The notes beneath the pieces were generated by a model, which was not told the origin of the DNA, made no database searches, and worked only from the letters and a program-made list of their open reading frames with translations. Positions 9,292 through 20,495 of a stretch of 64,000 nucleotides of DNA are shown here, in pieces. Within the stretch, counting starts at the first letter, position 1; each line of letters begins with the position of its first letter. A program made the position numbers and the translations under genes. Location of the stretch: contig CASEVE010000006.1 of NCBI GenBank assembly GCA_949291295.1, forward strand, positions 1,385 through 65,384, given 5' to 3'. The DNA is from an uncultured Olsenella sp. (GTDB lineage: Bacteria > Actinomycetota > Coriobacteriia > Coriobacteriales > Atopobiaceae).

Positions 9292-9988
9292 CCGAGCCCT
9301 CCGCAACGGCCTCGTCTAAGGAGGGCTCGTCGTAGTCGTCGAGAAGCTCGCGCTCCTCCGAGATGTCGGCCTCGGCCTCCTCGAGGGTCGAGCCGATCGA
9401 TCGCCCGGAGAGACGCTCCCTGATGAAGCGGCGGGCCTCCTCGTCAGGCGCAAAGTCCTCGAGCGCCGGCAGCTCTCGCAGGCTGTTCAGCCCAAAGTGC
9501 TCGAGGAAGAGGCGGGTGGTACCCCAAAGCTGGGCCTGGCCGTGGTCCTTGTCGCGGCCAACCTCACGCACGAGGCCCTTCTCGCGCAGGGAGGAGATGA
9601 CGCCGTCGGAGTTCACGCCGCGGATGGCACGGACGCCCTCGCGGGTGACCGGCTGGTGGTAGGCGATGACGGCGAGCGTCTCGAGCGCAGCCTGGGAGAG
9701 CTTGCGGGTGTCCCAGGAAAGGACGTAATCAGCTACCTGGTCATGGTAGGCAGGGTGCGTGAAGAGGCGCCACCCGCCCGCGACCTCTCGTAGCTGAAAG
9801 CCTCGGTTGGCATCGGCATACTCGGCAGAGAGCTCGGCAAGCGCCTGGGCAACCTCACCGGGCTCAGCCCCCGCCGCGCGGGCGAGGTCCGTGGCAGGCA
9901 CGGAATCATCGGACACGAGCAGAAGTGCCTCGAGCAGCCCCTTCAGGGAGCCGGACTCTAGTCTCTCAAAGGCGCTCACGAACATCAC
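9284..9988 (-). CDS. scpB: SMC-Scp complex subunit ScpB
   Basis: LEALLLVS, LREVAGGWRL, LSQAALETLAVIAYHQPVTR, IRGVNS, TTRLFLEHFGL. Confidence 0.95.
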   Translation of the reverse strand: MMFVSAFERLESGSLKGLLEALLLVSDDSVPATDLARAAGAEPGEVAQALAELSAEYADANRGFQLREVAGGWRLFTHPAYHDQVADYVLSWDTRKLSQAALETLAVIAYHQPVTREGVRAIRGVNSDGVISSLREKGLVREVGRDKDHGQAQLWGTTRLFLEHFGLNSLRELPALEDFAPDEEARRFIRERLSGRSIGSTLEEAEADISEERELLDDYDEPSLDEAVAEGSDE

Positions 9989-10821
9989 CTCTCAGACAGG
10001 GACGGGTCATCGGAATCGGAGAGCTCGGCCAGGACGGACTCGTCGAGCTCGTAAGGGGCGGCGCCCTCCACGTGCCGAATCTCGATCTCACCAAAGAGCT
10101 CGTCTTGTCGGACGGTGGCGAGCCCGCGCTTGTAGAGCTCGAGGACGGCAAGGAAGTTGGCAACGATCACCTCAGGTGCGTCCTGGCCGTCGAGAAGATC
10201 GGAGAACGCGACCCTGCCGCGCCCGCGCACAAGGCGGTCGACGGCGGCGATGGTAAGCGCCACCGGCAGGCGACGGGGCGCCACGTGCTCGGCCTCGAGC
10301 AGGAAGGTCTCGCGCCTGCTGTCTATGTCAGCGCAGATCACAGCGAGGCTTCTCAGCGAGATGCCCTCAAGGTAGTCGGGCATGAGCCCCAAAAACTCGG
10401 GGTCGGGGCCAATGGTCCTGGGATGCATGCGCGCCTCTGCCTCGGCGCGGGCGCCAAGGGCCGAGGCGGCACCACGAAACTGCTTGTAGGCAATGAGGCG
10501 GGCTATGAGGACCTCGCGCGCCTCGTCTGGAGACAGACCCTCAAGATCGTCCTCATCATCCTCAAACTCCTCGCGCGAGCGCCTAATGGGCTCATCAGGC
10601 ACGAGGGAGGCGGCCTTGATGTCAAGCAGCGTCGAGGCGACAAGGACGAAGTCGCTCGCAACGTCGAGGTCAAGGTCTGCCATACGCTCGACCTCCTCGA
10701 GGTACTGGTTGGCGACCTCGGAAATGGAGATGGAGCCGATGGTGACCTTTTGTCTGCTCACGAGCTGGAGCAGCAGGTCAAAGGGTCCGGAGTAGGTCTG
10801 TGTGCGCACACGATAGGACAT
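9985..10821 (-). CDS. scpA: Segregation and condensation protein ScpA
   Basis: YSGPFDLLLQL, ASDFVLVASTLLDIKA, FLAVLELYK, QDELFGEI. Confidence 0.95.
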   Translation of the reverse strand: MSYRVRTQTYSGPFDLLLQLVSRQKVTIGSISISEVANQYLEEVERMADLDLDVASDFVLVASTLLDIKAASLVPDEPIRRSREEFEDDEDDLEGLSPDEAREVLIARLIAYKQFRGAASALGARAEAEARMHPRTIGPDPEFLGLMPDYLEGISLRSLAVICADIDSRRETFLLEAEHVAPRRLPVALTIAAVDRLVRGRGRVAFSDLLDGQDAPEVIVANFLAVLELYKRGLATVRQDELFGEIEIRHVEGAAPYELDESVLAELSDSDDPSLSER

Positions 10822-10824
10822 ACG

Positions 10825-11520
10825 CTAGATCACCGTCCCCACGAGCAGGCCGTAGAGGCTGCCGGCCGTGGCGTCGAGGTAGATGCCGAGGGGGTCCACG
10901 CCAAGCAGCATGGGGAGCACGTAGAGCACGAGGATGAGGCCAAACATGGCGTACTCGTTGAGCTCATAAAACTTTCTTCTCGCCTCGCCCTTGAGAAAGA
11001 ACAGGACGACCTTGGAGCCGTCGAGCGGCGGAAACGGAATGAGATTGAAGAAGCAGAGCACGAGGTTCACGCTCATGTACGTGGTGATGACATCAAGAAG
11101 CCCGCTGACGAGCTCAAACGGAACAGTTCCCGCGCCATATGCCCCAGGGGCGAGCTGCCAGACCACCGCAAGGAGCACGGTGCCAAGAAGCGCCTGGGCG
11201 AGGTTTGAGGCCGGACCGGCAAGGGCCACGAGAAGCTCGTCGCGGCGAGGGTGGCGCAGACGGTAGGGGTTGTACGGCACGGGCTTTGCAAAGGCAAAGA
11301 CCGGGGCGCCGATAAAGGCGAGAAGCAGCGGCAGGAGCACCGAGCCAAACCCGTCAAGGTGGGCACGGGGGTCAAGCGTGAGGCGTCCCGCCTCCTTGGC
11401 GGTTGGATCACCAAGTCGAAATGCCGCCCATCCGTGCGCAACCTCGTGAACGATGGCGGAAAACATCACGAGGACCACGGTCAGCGCAATTGATATGAGA
11501 CGGTCCACAGAGAAGTGCAC
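10825..11520 (-). CDS. Site-2 protease family (M50) membrane metalloprotease
   Basis: HEVAH, GDPTAKEAGRLTL, LAGP, FNLIPFPPLDG. Confidence 0.92.
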   Translation of the reverse strand: MHFSVDRLISIALTVVLVMFSAIVHEVAHGWAAFRLGDPTAKEAGRLTLDPRAHLDGFGSVLLPLLLAFIGAPVFAFAKPVPYNPYRLRHPRRDELLVALAGPASNLAQALLGTVLLAVVWQLAPGAYGAGTVPFELVSGLLDVITTYMSVNLVLCFFNLIPFPPLDGSKVVLFFLKGEARRKFYELNEYAMFGLILVLYVLPMLLGVDPLGIYLDATAGSLYGLLVGTVI

Positions 11521-11539
11521 GAAACCCCCTCTCGCGGCG

Positions 11540-11825
11540 TTAGCGCAGCGAGGCAGAAAGACGACAGCAGATCCAGTCGAGCACGAGCAACACTATAGCA
11601 ACGATGGCGAAGTCACCGCGAAAAGCGCCCTCAAAGGGCGTCTGAAACACGAAGAGTCCGTGAATCGGGGCGGGAACGAGCCTCGAGACAAAGCCGTTGA
11701 TGCCAAGAAGAAACGCTCGCGGACCAGCGGGGAGCACGGCGTCAGCGACAACGAGGGCGACAAGGGCCCACGCACAGACCCTGAAGACGATGGCCAGGGC
11801 CCCAAGCACGCTCGGAAGCGACCTT

Positions 11826-11833
<8 letters not shown>
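11540..11833 (-). CDS. Small hypothetical membrane protein (2 TM)
   Basis: Two hydrophobic stretches; overlaps ABC-F stop by 8 nt and fills the gap in a co-directional operon. Confidence 0.7.
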
Positions 11834-13820
<1,987 letters not shown>

Positions 13821-13835
13821 GAGACGTTCCTTGGG

Positions 13836-14219
13836 TTAGTCGGCAATGGTGAGATGAATCGCAAAGCCTGCGATCTGCTCCTTGAAGTAAATGAGGTACG
13901 TACGGCCAGATCCGTCAGGGCACAGGGCGCGTGACCCCTCGTCAAACTCCACGCCGCGCGCCTCGTACCAGGCGACGGCACGGTCGATATCGTTGACGTG
14001 AAGGCCTATGTGGCCCTTCTCGCCGCGACCGCCGTTGTTCATGACCTCAACGAGGGTGCCGGAAAACGCCGAGACCGGAAAGGGCTCCTCGCCGCGCTCG
14101 ATTCCAAGAAGCGCGCAGATGAGGTTGGCCACGCGGCTGGCCTCCTCGGGCGAATCCGTGTTGATGCCAACGTGCGCGACGCGCAGGTCAAAAAGGTCGA
14201 CGGGGTTTTCCTGCTCCAT
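13836..14219 (-). CDS. Stand-alone VOC/glyoxalase-fold protein resembling the C-terminal domain of some KDPG aldolases
   Basis: AHVGIN...GHIGL...IYFKEQIAGFAIHL; SD GAGGAG before MEQENP; TATAAT at 14252-14257. Confidence 0.75.
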   Translation of the reverse strand: MEQENPVDLFDLRVAHVGINTDSPEEASRVANLICALLGIERGEEPFPVSAFSGTLVEVMNNGGRGEKGHIGLHVNDIDRAVAWYEARGVEFDEGSRALCPDGSGRTYLIYFKEQIAGFAIHLTIAD

Positions 14220-14280
14220 GACAATCTCCTCTCCGGTGTGCAAACCCGTTCATTATAGGCGAGCGGGGTGATGGGCCTAG

Positions 14281-14311
14281 AAAGAAAAAGACCGCCGGAT
14301 AGCCGACGGTC
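14281..14311 (-). terminator. Rho-independent terminator of left tRNA-Ala
   Basis: GACCGTCGG-CTAT-CCGGCGGTC followed by TTTTTCTTT on the minus strand. Confidence 0.85.
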
Positions 14312-14322
14312 CTTCAAATTCA

Positions 14323-14398
14323 TGGTGGAGATAAGGGGGTTCGAACCCCTGACCTCGTGACTGCCAGTCACGCGCTCTCCCAACTGAGCTATATCCCC
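14323..14398 (-). tRNA. tRNA-Ala(GGC), copy 1
   Basis: 76-nt cloverleaf GGGGATATAGCTCAG...TCTCCACCA, anticodon GGC, G3:U70, C32-G38, encoded CCA. Confidence 0.98.
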
Positions 14399-14414
14399 AT
14401 TTGGTGCGAAGAGA

Positions 14415-14442
14415 ACTATACCAGAGTGTGACGCATCGTCAA
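14415..14442 (-). promoter_or_regulatory. Sigma-70/A promoter for tRNA-Ala copy 1
   Basis: TTGACG-16 nt-TATAGT, with TGG extended -10. Confidence 0.7.
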
Positions 14443-14469
14443 CCGACAATTTTGAAAAACTTCTGTCGA

Positions 14470-14508
14470 GAAGAACGAGGCGCCCCGAGAGAACCCGGGA
14501 CGCCTCGT
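14470..14508 (-). terminator. Terminator hairpin downstream of fucosidase gene
   Basis: ACGAGGCGTCCCGGG / TCTCGGGGCGCCTCGT imperfect stem followed by TCTTCT. Confidence 0.65.
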
Positions 14509-14531
14509 CTCAGACGTGCGACGAAAGGCCG

Positions 14532-17500
14532 CTACTTCTCGCTCGCCCTGCGGCGAAGCTCGATGCTCACGGCAATCGTGCCGGCAGCGCCAGCGGCAAC
14601 GAGGGCCACAGGCAGGCTCGCGTCGCCCGTGGCGGGAACCTTGGAGCCAGAGGACGGCTTCTGGGTGCCACCGGGCTTGACGGTGTCGGACGGCTTCTGG
14701 TCGTCGGACGGCTTGGTGTCGTCAGAGCCGGGGTCGGTGGTCTGATCGCCAGGCTTCTGGTCGTCAGAGGGCTTCTGGTCGTCACCACCAGGGGTAACGT
14801 CCTCGCCGGGCTCGTCGGTGCCAGGGGTGTCGGTACCAGGCTCATCCGTACCGGGCTCGTCGGTGCCGGGGGTGTCGGTGCCAGGCTCGTCAGTGCCGGG
14901 CTCGTCCGTTCCAGGATCGTCGTTGCCGGGGGTGTCCGTACCGGGCTCGTCAGTGCCGGGCTCGCCCGTTCCGGGTTCGTCAGTGCCAGGCTCAGAGGTC
15001 ACAAGGGCCTCGCGAGCAGCGGAGAGAGCGGCGAGAGCGGCGTCAACCTGCTCCTGCGTCGCGTCCTCGTTGGCAAGGACAGCCTGGGCGTCCTTGAGGG
15101 CCTCGGAATAAGCCGCCCAGCTCTCGGCGGTGTAGCTCGTCTCGTCGAGAGACTCGGACAGCTCAACCTCGCTCTCAAGCTTGGAGGTATCAACCGTGGG
15201 CTCGGGCTCCGACGTGGGGGCAAACGTCAGCACAACCGGCTCGCTCGTGGCGGAGGCAGAGGCGGAGTTGGCGTCGGTAACCGTAACGGTCACGGCGTAA
15301 GAACCGCTCTCGGTGACCTGGATAGAAGCGCCGTCACCGGCGATGGGCTGACCATCCTTGGTCCACGCATAGGTGAACGTGAGGTCGGCCGCGGGCTGCT
15401 CGGCGGTGGTGGTGATCGTCACGGTGTCACCCTCGACGGGAGACTCGTTGCTTGCGGCGAGAGAGACCGTCGGAGCGTTGAGCGACCAGGAGGCGGCGAG
15501 CATGATGTCAGAGGTCACCGGCGTGGAGAAGTCGTACTTCTCGCCGTTGAGAAGCCAGCCAGCGAAGGTGTAGCCGGCAGGTGCAGTGACGGTGGGCTCC
15601 TCCGCAGTCTTGCCCTCCTCGACCGTCTGGTTCTCGACGCCCTCGGCGCCGACGAAGGTAACGGTGTAGGTGGTGGGCTCAGGCTCGGGCTCGGTGGCCT
15701 CGACAAGAGCATCGATGGCGTCGTTCAGGGCCTTGGCGGCAGCGTCGACCGCGTTCTGGTCGGTGGACTCGAGGGCGGCCTTGGCGTCGGCGAGGGCAGT
15801 CTCGAGCTTGGACCAGGAATGGGCGGTGTAGTCGGACTCGACGAGCTTCTCAGCCTTGTCAACGGCGGCGTTGAGCGCAGCGTAGTCGGGCTTGACGGGC
15901 TCGGGCTCGGTAGCCTTCTCGAAGGTAATCACGAGCTTGTCCAGGCGCGGCGCGTTGAGGCCCGAGGGCGACGCAAAGACGAGGGTGGAGCTTCCGGCCT
16001 CGGTGACCACAATCTCGAACTCGACCGTGTGGATGGCCGCGGCCTCGTCGTTGGCGCCGGCGACCTGCTGGCCGGAGGTGACGATGCCACTCTCGTCGGA
16101 CCAGGCAAGAGTGTTGGTGGTAGAACCACTCGAGTAGTGGAGCGTCGCCTTGTAGGTGCCAGCCTCAGCAACAGTGAACGGAACCTCGAGGGAGTCACCG
16201 TCGTTCAGCGAGTTGATGAGCGTGGTGCCGGTGGCGGCGTCCTCCATGACCTCGGTCGGCCACTGGCCGTTGCCATCAGCGGAGTTGGAGACGTCGTGGA
16301 TGGTGCCGTACTCGAACTCGAGCGTGGCGGTCTCGCCCTCGGCGGGGAACACGAACGGGTTCTCAGCGGTGTACTTGTCGTCAGAGGGCTCGGGCTCGGT
16401 GGCCTCGACGAGGTCGGCGATGGCCTGCTCAAGAGCCGCGGCAGCGCCGTCAACCACAGACTGGTCGTCAGACTCGAGCGCAGCCTCGGCGGCGGTCAGC
16501 GCCGTCTGGAGGGCGGACCAGGAGTCGACCGTGTAGTCGGACTCGGTCAGGGCCTCGGCCTTATCGATGGCGGCGTTGAGCGCGTCATAGCTGACCTCAG
16601 CCTTGAGGGTGCCGCCGTAGACCTCGATCTCGTAGAGGGAGGTGTTGTTCCAGTTGCCGGCGCCATCGGGATCCTGGGAAACGTAGTCGTTGATGAGAAC
16701 GCGGACGTAGCGCGCAGCCTGTGCCTCATCGAGGACGACGTCAACCGTCTTCTCGGCGGGCTGGCCGAGCTCCTCGACCGTCTTCCACGAGGAGTCCTTG
16801 GTCGGGTCGGCGCCGTTCAGCGCGAACTGGACCTCGTAGTCAGTGGGCTTGCGGGTCTCCCAGAAGAGACGGACCGTCTGGACGTCGTAGTTGGCGCCGA
16901 GGTCGACGTAGACCCACGCGGGCTTCTCGCCAGGCTGGTGAGACCAGCGGCCGTTGTCCTTGTCGGTCTTGTTGCCATCGGTGACGTTGGTGGCGTCAAG
17001 ACGCTCGAGATTGTCCTCGCGGGAGCTCGCGGCGGCGTCCTTGCCGAGGGCGATGTTCTCGGTGGGATCGGGCTCGGTCACGGGAACCTCGCCGGTGTAG
17101 GTGATCACGAGCTTGTCCAGGCGCGGGGCGTTCTTGCCGGCGGGCGGCGCGAAGACGAGCGTGGAGCTGCCGGCCTCGGTGACCTCGATCTCGAACTCGA
17201 CCTCGTGCCACTGGGAGGCGTCGCTTGCGCCCGCGGCCTGGGAGCCGCCCTGAACGACGCCTTTGGCGTCGGACCAGGAGAGCTCGTTGGTCGTGGAGCC
17301 GCTGGAGTAGGTGAGGACGGCCTTGTAGGTTCCGGCGTAGGTGGCGCGGAACGGGACGCTCAGCGAGTCGCCGTCGTTCAGGGAGTTGATTGCCGTGATT
17401 CCGGTGGCGGTGTCAACCCAGACCTCAGCCGGCCACTTGCCGTTGCTGTCGGCGGAGTTGGTGACGTCCTCGAGCTGGCCGAGCTCGAACTCGAGCGTGG

Positions 17501-20114
17501 CGGGCTCGTCGCTGTACGGGAAGAGGAACGGGTCCTCCTCGGTGTAGTTGTTGGCAGCCGCGAGGTTGTCGATGGCGTCCTGGAGCGCCTCCATGGCCGC
17601 GCGGACGTCGGCGGCGGACATCTCGGCGTTCTTGTAGGCGGCCTTCGCGGCCTCCAGGGCCTCGTTCAGGGCGGCGACGGAGGCGGCGGTGTAGTTGTCG
17701 GTGTCGACGGCCTCGGCCTTGGTGATGACCTCGTCAAGATCTTGGTCGACGTCGGTGATGGTGACGGTGACAACATCAGTGAAGCCACCGATGACGTTAT
17801 CGCCGTCAAGGGCGAGGGAGACGTAGAACTGGCGGTCGCCGTCGGCGCTGCCGGAGCTCTGCTCACCCTCGGTCACGCGGCGCGTGGAGACGGTGACGGT
17901 GGCCTCGTCCTCGCCGGCTGCGAAGGTAACCTGCTTGGCGGCGGTGTCGAAGTGATCCTGCGTGGCGGTGCCGGGCTCAAAGCCAACGTTGACCGTGAGC
18001 GCCTCGGAGGTGTCGCCGATGCGACGGAGCGTGAGTTCGTAGGTGGAGTCCTCGTCCATCGTGAAGGCGGCGGTCTCAAAGTCAACCATCGTCATGCCAT
18101 CGGGCAGGAAGGCGGCGGCGTCGATGCCAACGGCGCCCCTGATGACGCTGATGACGACCGTGTGCTCCTTGTTCTCGAGCGTGCCTGAGGAGTAGAGCAG
18201 CGCAGAGGTGTTGCGGGCGCTCACGTTGTTGGTGGCAACCTGGATGACCTCGCCGTCGTCAATCTTGACGCCCATGGTCCCGTGACCGGGGTCGGCGGTG
18301 CCGACGATGTTGAACTGGGTGCCGGTGAACGTGAAGGTGAGGGTAGAGCTGGTGTTGCTCGTCCACTGGCTCGTGCCCTCGTAGCAGGAGGAGATGGACT
18401 CAGCGGTCCAGGAGCCGCCCTGCGTCATATCGGTGTTGTCGATAGCGGTGAGACCCGTCGGGATGGGCGTCGGGATCTCAAAGGCCGGGGAGGCCTTGTA
18501 GACGCCGACCTCGGTGATCTGCGCGAGGGCCTGCTCGCCGGTGAAGACCTCGTCGATGCCAAACTCAATCTTGATGGCGTCGGAGGAGACCTCGGCAGCG
18601 CGGACGAGGCGCTTGGAGCCGATGGTGGCACCAGAGCCGAACTCCTTCCAGGAGCCGTCGTCGGTGCGGTAGCTCACCTTGAAGGAGTCGATGCGCTGAC
18701 CGTTCTGGATGGCTTCCTCGATGGAGACGATGTCGAAGGTCTGCTTCTCGCCGAGCTCGATGATGAGCGACTGGTCGGCAGAATCGGCGGCGCACCAGAA
18801 GGTGTCCTTGTTGCCGTCGAGGACGTTGCCGGGGCCGTACGCCGCGTCGTTGCCGTAGGCAGAGGTCGCCTTGGCGGTGCCGCCGGTGGCGAGGTTGTCG
18901 TCGAAGCTCATCTTGATGTTGGAGGCAAACTCCTCGACGCGCGCCTTGATCTGGGAGTCAACGGTGCCCTGATCGTTGGGCGGGATGTTGATGAGCAGCG
19001 TGGCGCCGTGGCCGATGGAGTTGAAGTACATGGCACTCAGGTCCTCGAGGGACTTGGGCGTGCTCTTGTTGGGTCCCCAGAACCAACCGGAGGTGATGCG
19101 GGCGTCAGCCTCGGGAACGGTCCAGAGGTCGCCGTCGGCGTAACCAACCTGAACCCCGCCTTGAGTGTTGGGGTCGTAGTCGGTGCCGGCAGAGTTGAGC
19201 TTGACGGGAGACCAGAGCTCGTCGGTGGCGGTGCTCACCGAGGTGCCGTTCTCGTTGCCGATCCAGCGGACGCCGGTGTGCTGCGCGCACTGGAAGATGA
19301 TGCAGTTCTCGGACTCGAGCTCGTGGATGGTGTTGGCCCAACGCGTGTAGTCGTAGACCTGCGCGTTGGCGCCGGAGCCCTTGGCGCCGTCCATCCAGAC
19401 CTCGACGAACTTGCCCTTGTTGCCGTACTTGTCGTTGCCGAGGATCTCCTTCAGCTGGCCGACGTAGTACTCGTTGTAGTTGACGTCGGGGTCGGTGGAG
19501 GTGCCGATGCCGTCGGTCACGCTCTCGCCCTTGTCGGGGTCATAGCCGTACGACTCGTCGTGGATGTCCCACGGAGAGAGGTAGAGGCCCATGTCGATGT
19601 CGTACTTCGTGCAGGCCTCAGAGAGGTCGGCAAGGATGTCGCCCTCGCCGTTCTTGTAGTTGGTGACCTTCTCCATGTCGTAGTCGGTGTACTCCGACTG
19701 CCAGATGCAGAAGCCGTCGTGGTGCTTGGCCGTCACGACCAGGCGCGAGAAGCCAGCGTCCTTGATCATCTTGACGTAGTCGTCGGCATCGAAGCTCGAG
19801 AGCTCGTTCATGTACTCGTAGGCCTCGGGCATGCCGTTGCCGTAGTTCTCGCCCCACTCGATGTTGGCGAAGGTGTTCGGGCCAAAGTGGCAGAAGGCCG
19901 CGAAAGAGTTGCGCTGGTAGTCGAGCTGACCGTCGTTGGGCAGCGTCGCGTTTTTCGCCGGCGCAGCGGTAGCCGTCTCCGTGAGGTCGGCGTCCGTCAC
20001 GTAGCCGTCGTCAGCGGCAAACGCGAGGCCCGCGCCGCCCATGACGAGCGCAAATGCCGCTGCGACCGCCACTGCGAGCCGAGCTGGCGTTTTCCATGGT
20101 CCCATACTTCTCAT
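14532..20114 (-). CDS. Cell-wall-anchored multidomain GH29 alpha-L-fucosidase (signal peptide, GH29, F5/8-type C x2, Calx-beta, FIVAR x4, duplicated CBM-like module, B-repeat/Ig, sortase signal)
   Basis: FCHFGPNTF, VVTAKHHDGF, MGLYLSPWD, EVWMDGA (nucleophile Asp), RWIGNE; AFA-ADD signal peptide; C-terminal VPATG + hydrophobic segment + RRRASEK; SD-like GAGAGAAAGA before ATG 20114. Confidence 0.93.
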   Translation of the reverse strand: MRSMGPWKTPARLAVAVAAAFALVMGGAGLAFAADDGYVTDADLTETATAAPAKNATLPNDGQLDYQRNSFAAFCHFGPNTFANIEWGENYGNGMPEAYEYMNELSSFDADDYVKMIKDAGFSRLVVTAKHHDGFCIWQSEYTDYDMEKVTNYKNGEGDILADLSEACTKYDIDMGLYLSPWDIHDESYGYDPDKGESVTDGIGTSTDPDVNYNEYYVGQLKEILGNDKYGNKGKFVEVWMDGAKGSGANAQVYDYTRWANTIHELESENCIIFQCAQHTGVRWIGNENGTSVSTATDELWSPVKLNSAGTDYDPNTQGGVQVGYADGDLWTVPEADARITSGWFWGPNKSTPKSLEDLSAMYFNSIGHGATLLINIPPNDQGTVDSQIKARVEEFASNIKMSFDDNLATGGTAKATSAYGNDAAYGPGNVLDGNKDTFWCAADSADQSLIIELGEKQTFDIVSIEEAIQNGQRIDSFKVSYRTDDGSWKEFGSGATIGSKRLVRAAEVSSDAIKIEFGIDEVFTGEQALAQITEVGVYKASPAFEIPTPIPTGLTAIDNTDMTQGGSWTAESISSCYEGTSQWTSNTSSTLTFTFTGTQFNIVGTADPGHGTMGVKIDDGEVIQVATNNVSARNTSALLYSSGTLENKEHTVVISVIRGAVGIDAAAFLPDGMTMVDFETAAFTMDEDSTYELTLRRIGDTSEALTVNVGFEPGTATQDHFDTAAKQVTFAAGEDEATVTVSTRRVTEGEQSSGSADGDRQFYVSLALDGDNVIGGFTDVVTVTITDVDQDLDEVITKAEAVDTDNYTAASVAALNEALEAAKAAYKNAEMSAADVRAAMEALQDAIDNLAAANNYTEEDPFLFPYSDEPATLEFELGQLEDVTNSADSNGKWPAEVWVDTATGITAINSLNDGDSLSVPFRATYAGTYKAVLTYSSGSTTNELSWSDAKGVVQGGSQAAGASDASQWHEVEFEIEVTEAGSSTLVFAPPAGKNAPRLDKLVITYTGEVPVTEPDPTENIALGKDAAASSREDNLERLDATNVTDGNKTDKDNGRWSHQPGEKPAWVYVDLGANYDVQTVRLFWETRKPTDYEVQFALNGADPTKDSSWKTVEELGQPAEKTVDVVLDEAQAARYVRVLINDYVSQDPDGAGNWNNTSLYEIEVYGGTLKAEVSYDALNAAIDKAEALTESDYTVDSWSALQTALTAAEAALESDDQSVVDGAAAALEQAIADLVEATEPEPSDDKYTAENPFVFPAEGETATLEFEYGTIHDVSNSADGNGQWPTEVMEDAATGTTLINSLNDGDSLEVPFTVAEAGTYKATLHYSSGSTTNTLAWSDESGIVTSGQQVAGANDEAAAIHTVEFEIVVTEAGSSTLVFASPSGLNAPRLDKLVITFEKATEPEPVKPDYAALNAAVDKAEKLVESDYTAHSWSKLETALADAKAALESTDQNAVDAAAKALNDAIDALVEATEPEPEPTTYTVTFVGAEGVENQTVEEGKTAEEPTVTAPAGYTFAGWLLNGEKYDFSTPVTSDIMLAASWSLNAPTVSLAASNESPVEGDTVTITTTAEQPAADLTFTYAWTKDGQPIAGDGASIQVTESGSYAVTVTVTDANSASASATSEPVVLTFAPTSEPEPTVDTSKLESEVELSESLDETSYTAESWAAYSEALKDAQAVLANEDATQEQVDAALAALSAAREALVTSEPGTDEPGTGEPGTDEPGTDTPGNDDPGTDEPGTDEPGTDTPGTDEPGTDEPGTDTPGTDEPGEDVTPGGDDQKPSDDQKPGDQTTDPGSDDTKPSDDQKPSDTVKPGGTQKPSSGSKVPATGDASLPVALVAAGAAGTIAVSIELRRRASEK
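14805..14993 (-). repeat. Intragenic 15-bp tandem repeat encoding (PGTDE/PGTDT)n, about 12-13 units
   Basis: Degenerate ccgggctcgtcagtg-type units; protein EPGTDEPGTGEPGTDEPGTDTPGNDD... Confidence 0.95.
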
Positions 20115-20418
20115 AGGCGCTCTTTCTCTCGTGGGGACCACTGCGTCGAGACACAATACCCCCTGCTTAATACAACCTAAAACAGTTTAGTTTGCAAAAG
20201 CGCAGCTCAGGTATCTGAATAGAGAACCACGGGGCAAACGGTCCCTCCTGTCCGGCCAACGGGTGAAAACATAACCCTCAAGTTTTGGTCTAGACAATTC
20301 TCTCAAGTAGAAATCTAACGTTGAGGGCTTCTCAATCCGGTGCTCTTCTCCACGGAATCTTGTCAATCGAAAAAATGTCGTGCGCATTCTTGGAAGTTCT
20401 GATAACATTCTTCCTCGC

Positions 20419-20493
20419 GGGCGATTGGCTCAGGGGTAGAGCACTTCCTTCACACGGAAGGGGTCGCTGGTTCGAATCCAGCATCGCCCACCA
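20419..20493 (+). tRNA. tRNA-Val(CAC)
   Basis: GGGCGAT...ATCGCCC-ACCA acceptor; anticodon arm CTTCC-TTCACAC-GGAAG. Confidence 0.97.
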
Positions 20494-20495
20494 GC

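Noticed and set aside
14039-14449. 136-aa ORF across the left tRNA-Ala; likewise 20321-20737 across the tRNA cluster
   Set aside because: Translations of tRNA genes and terminators.
14805-14993. Tandem repeats as a possible CRISPR array
   Set aside because: 15-bp units with no spacers, in frame within a CDS, and no cas genes nearby.
15819-20180. 789-aa and 632-aa plus-strand ORFs
   Set aside because: Antisense shadows of the fucosidase; V/G/L/D-rich mirror composition, no domains.
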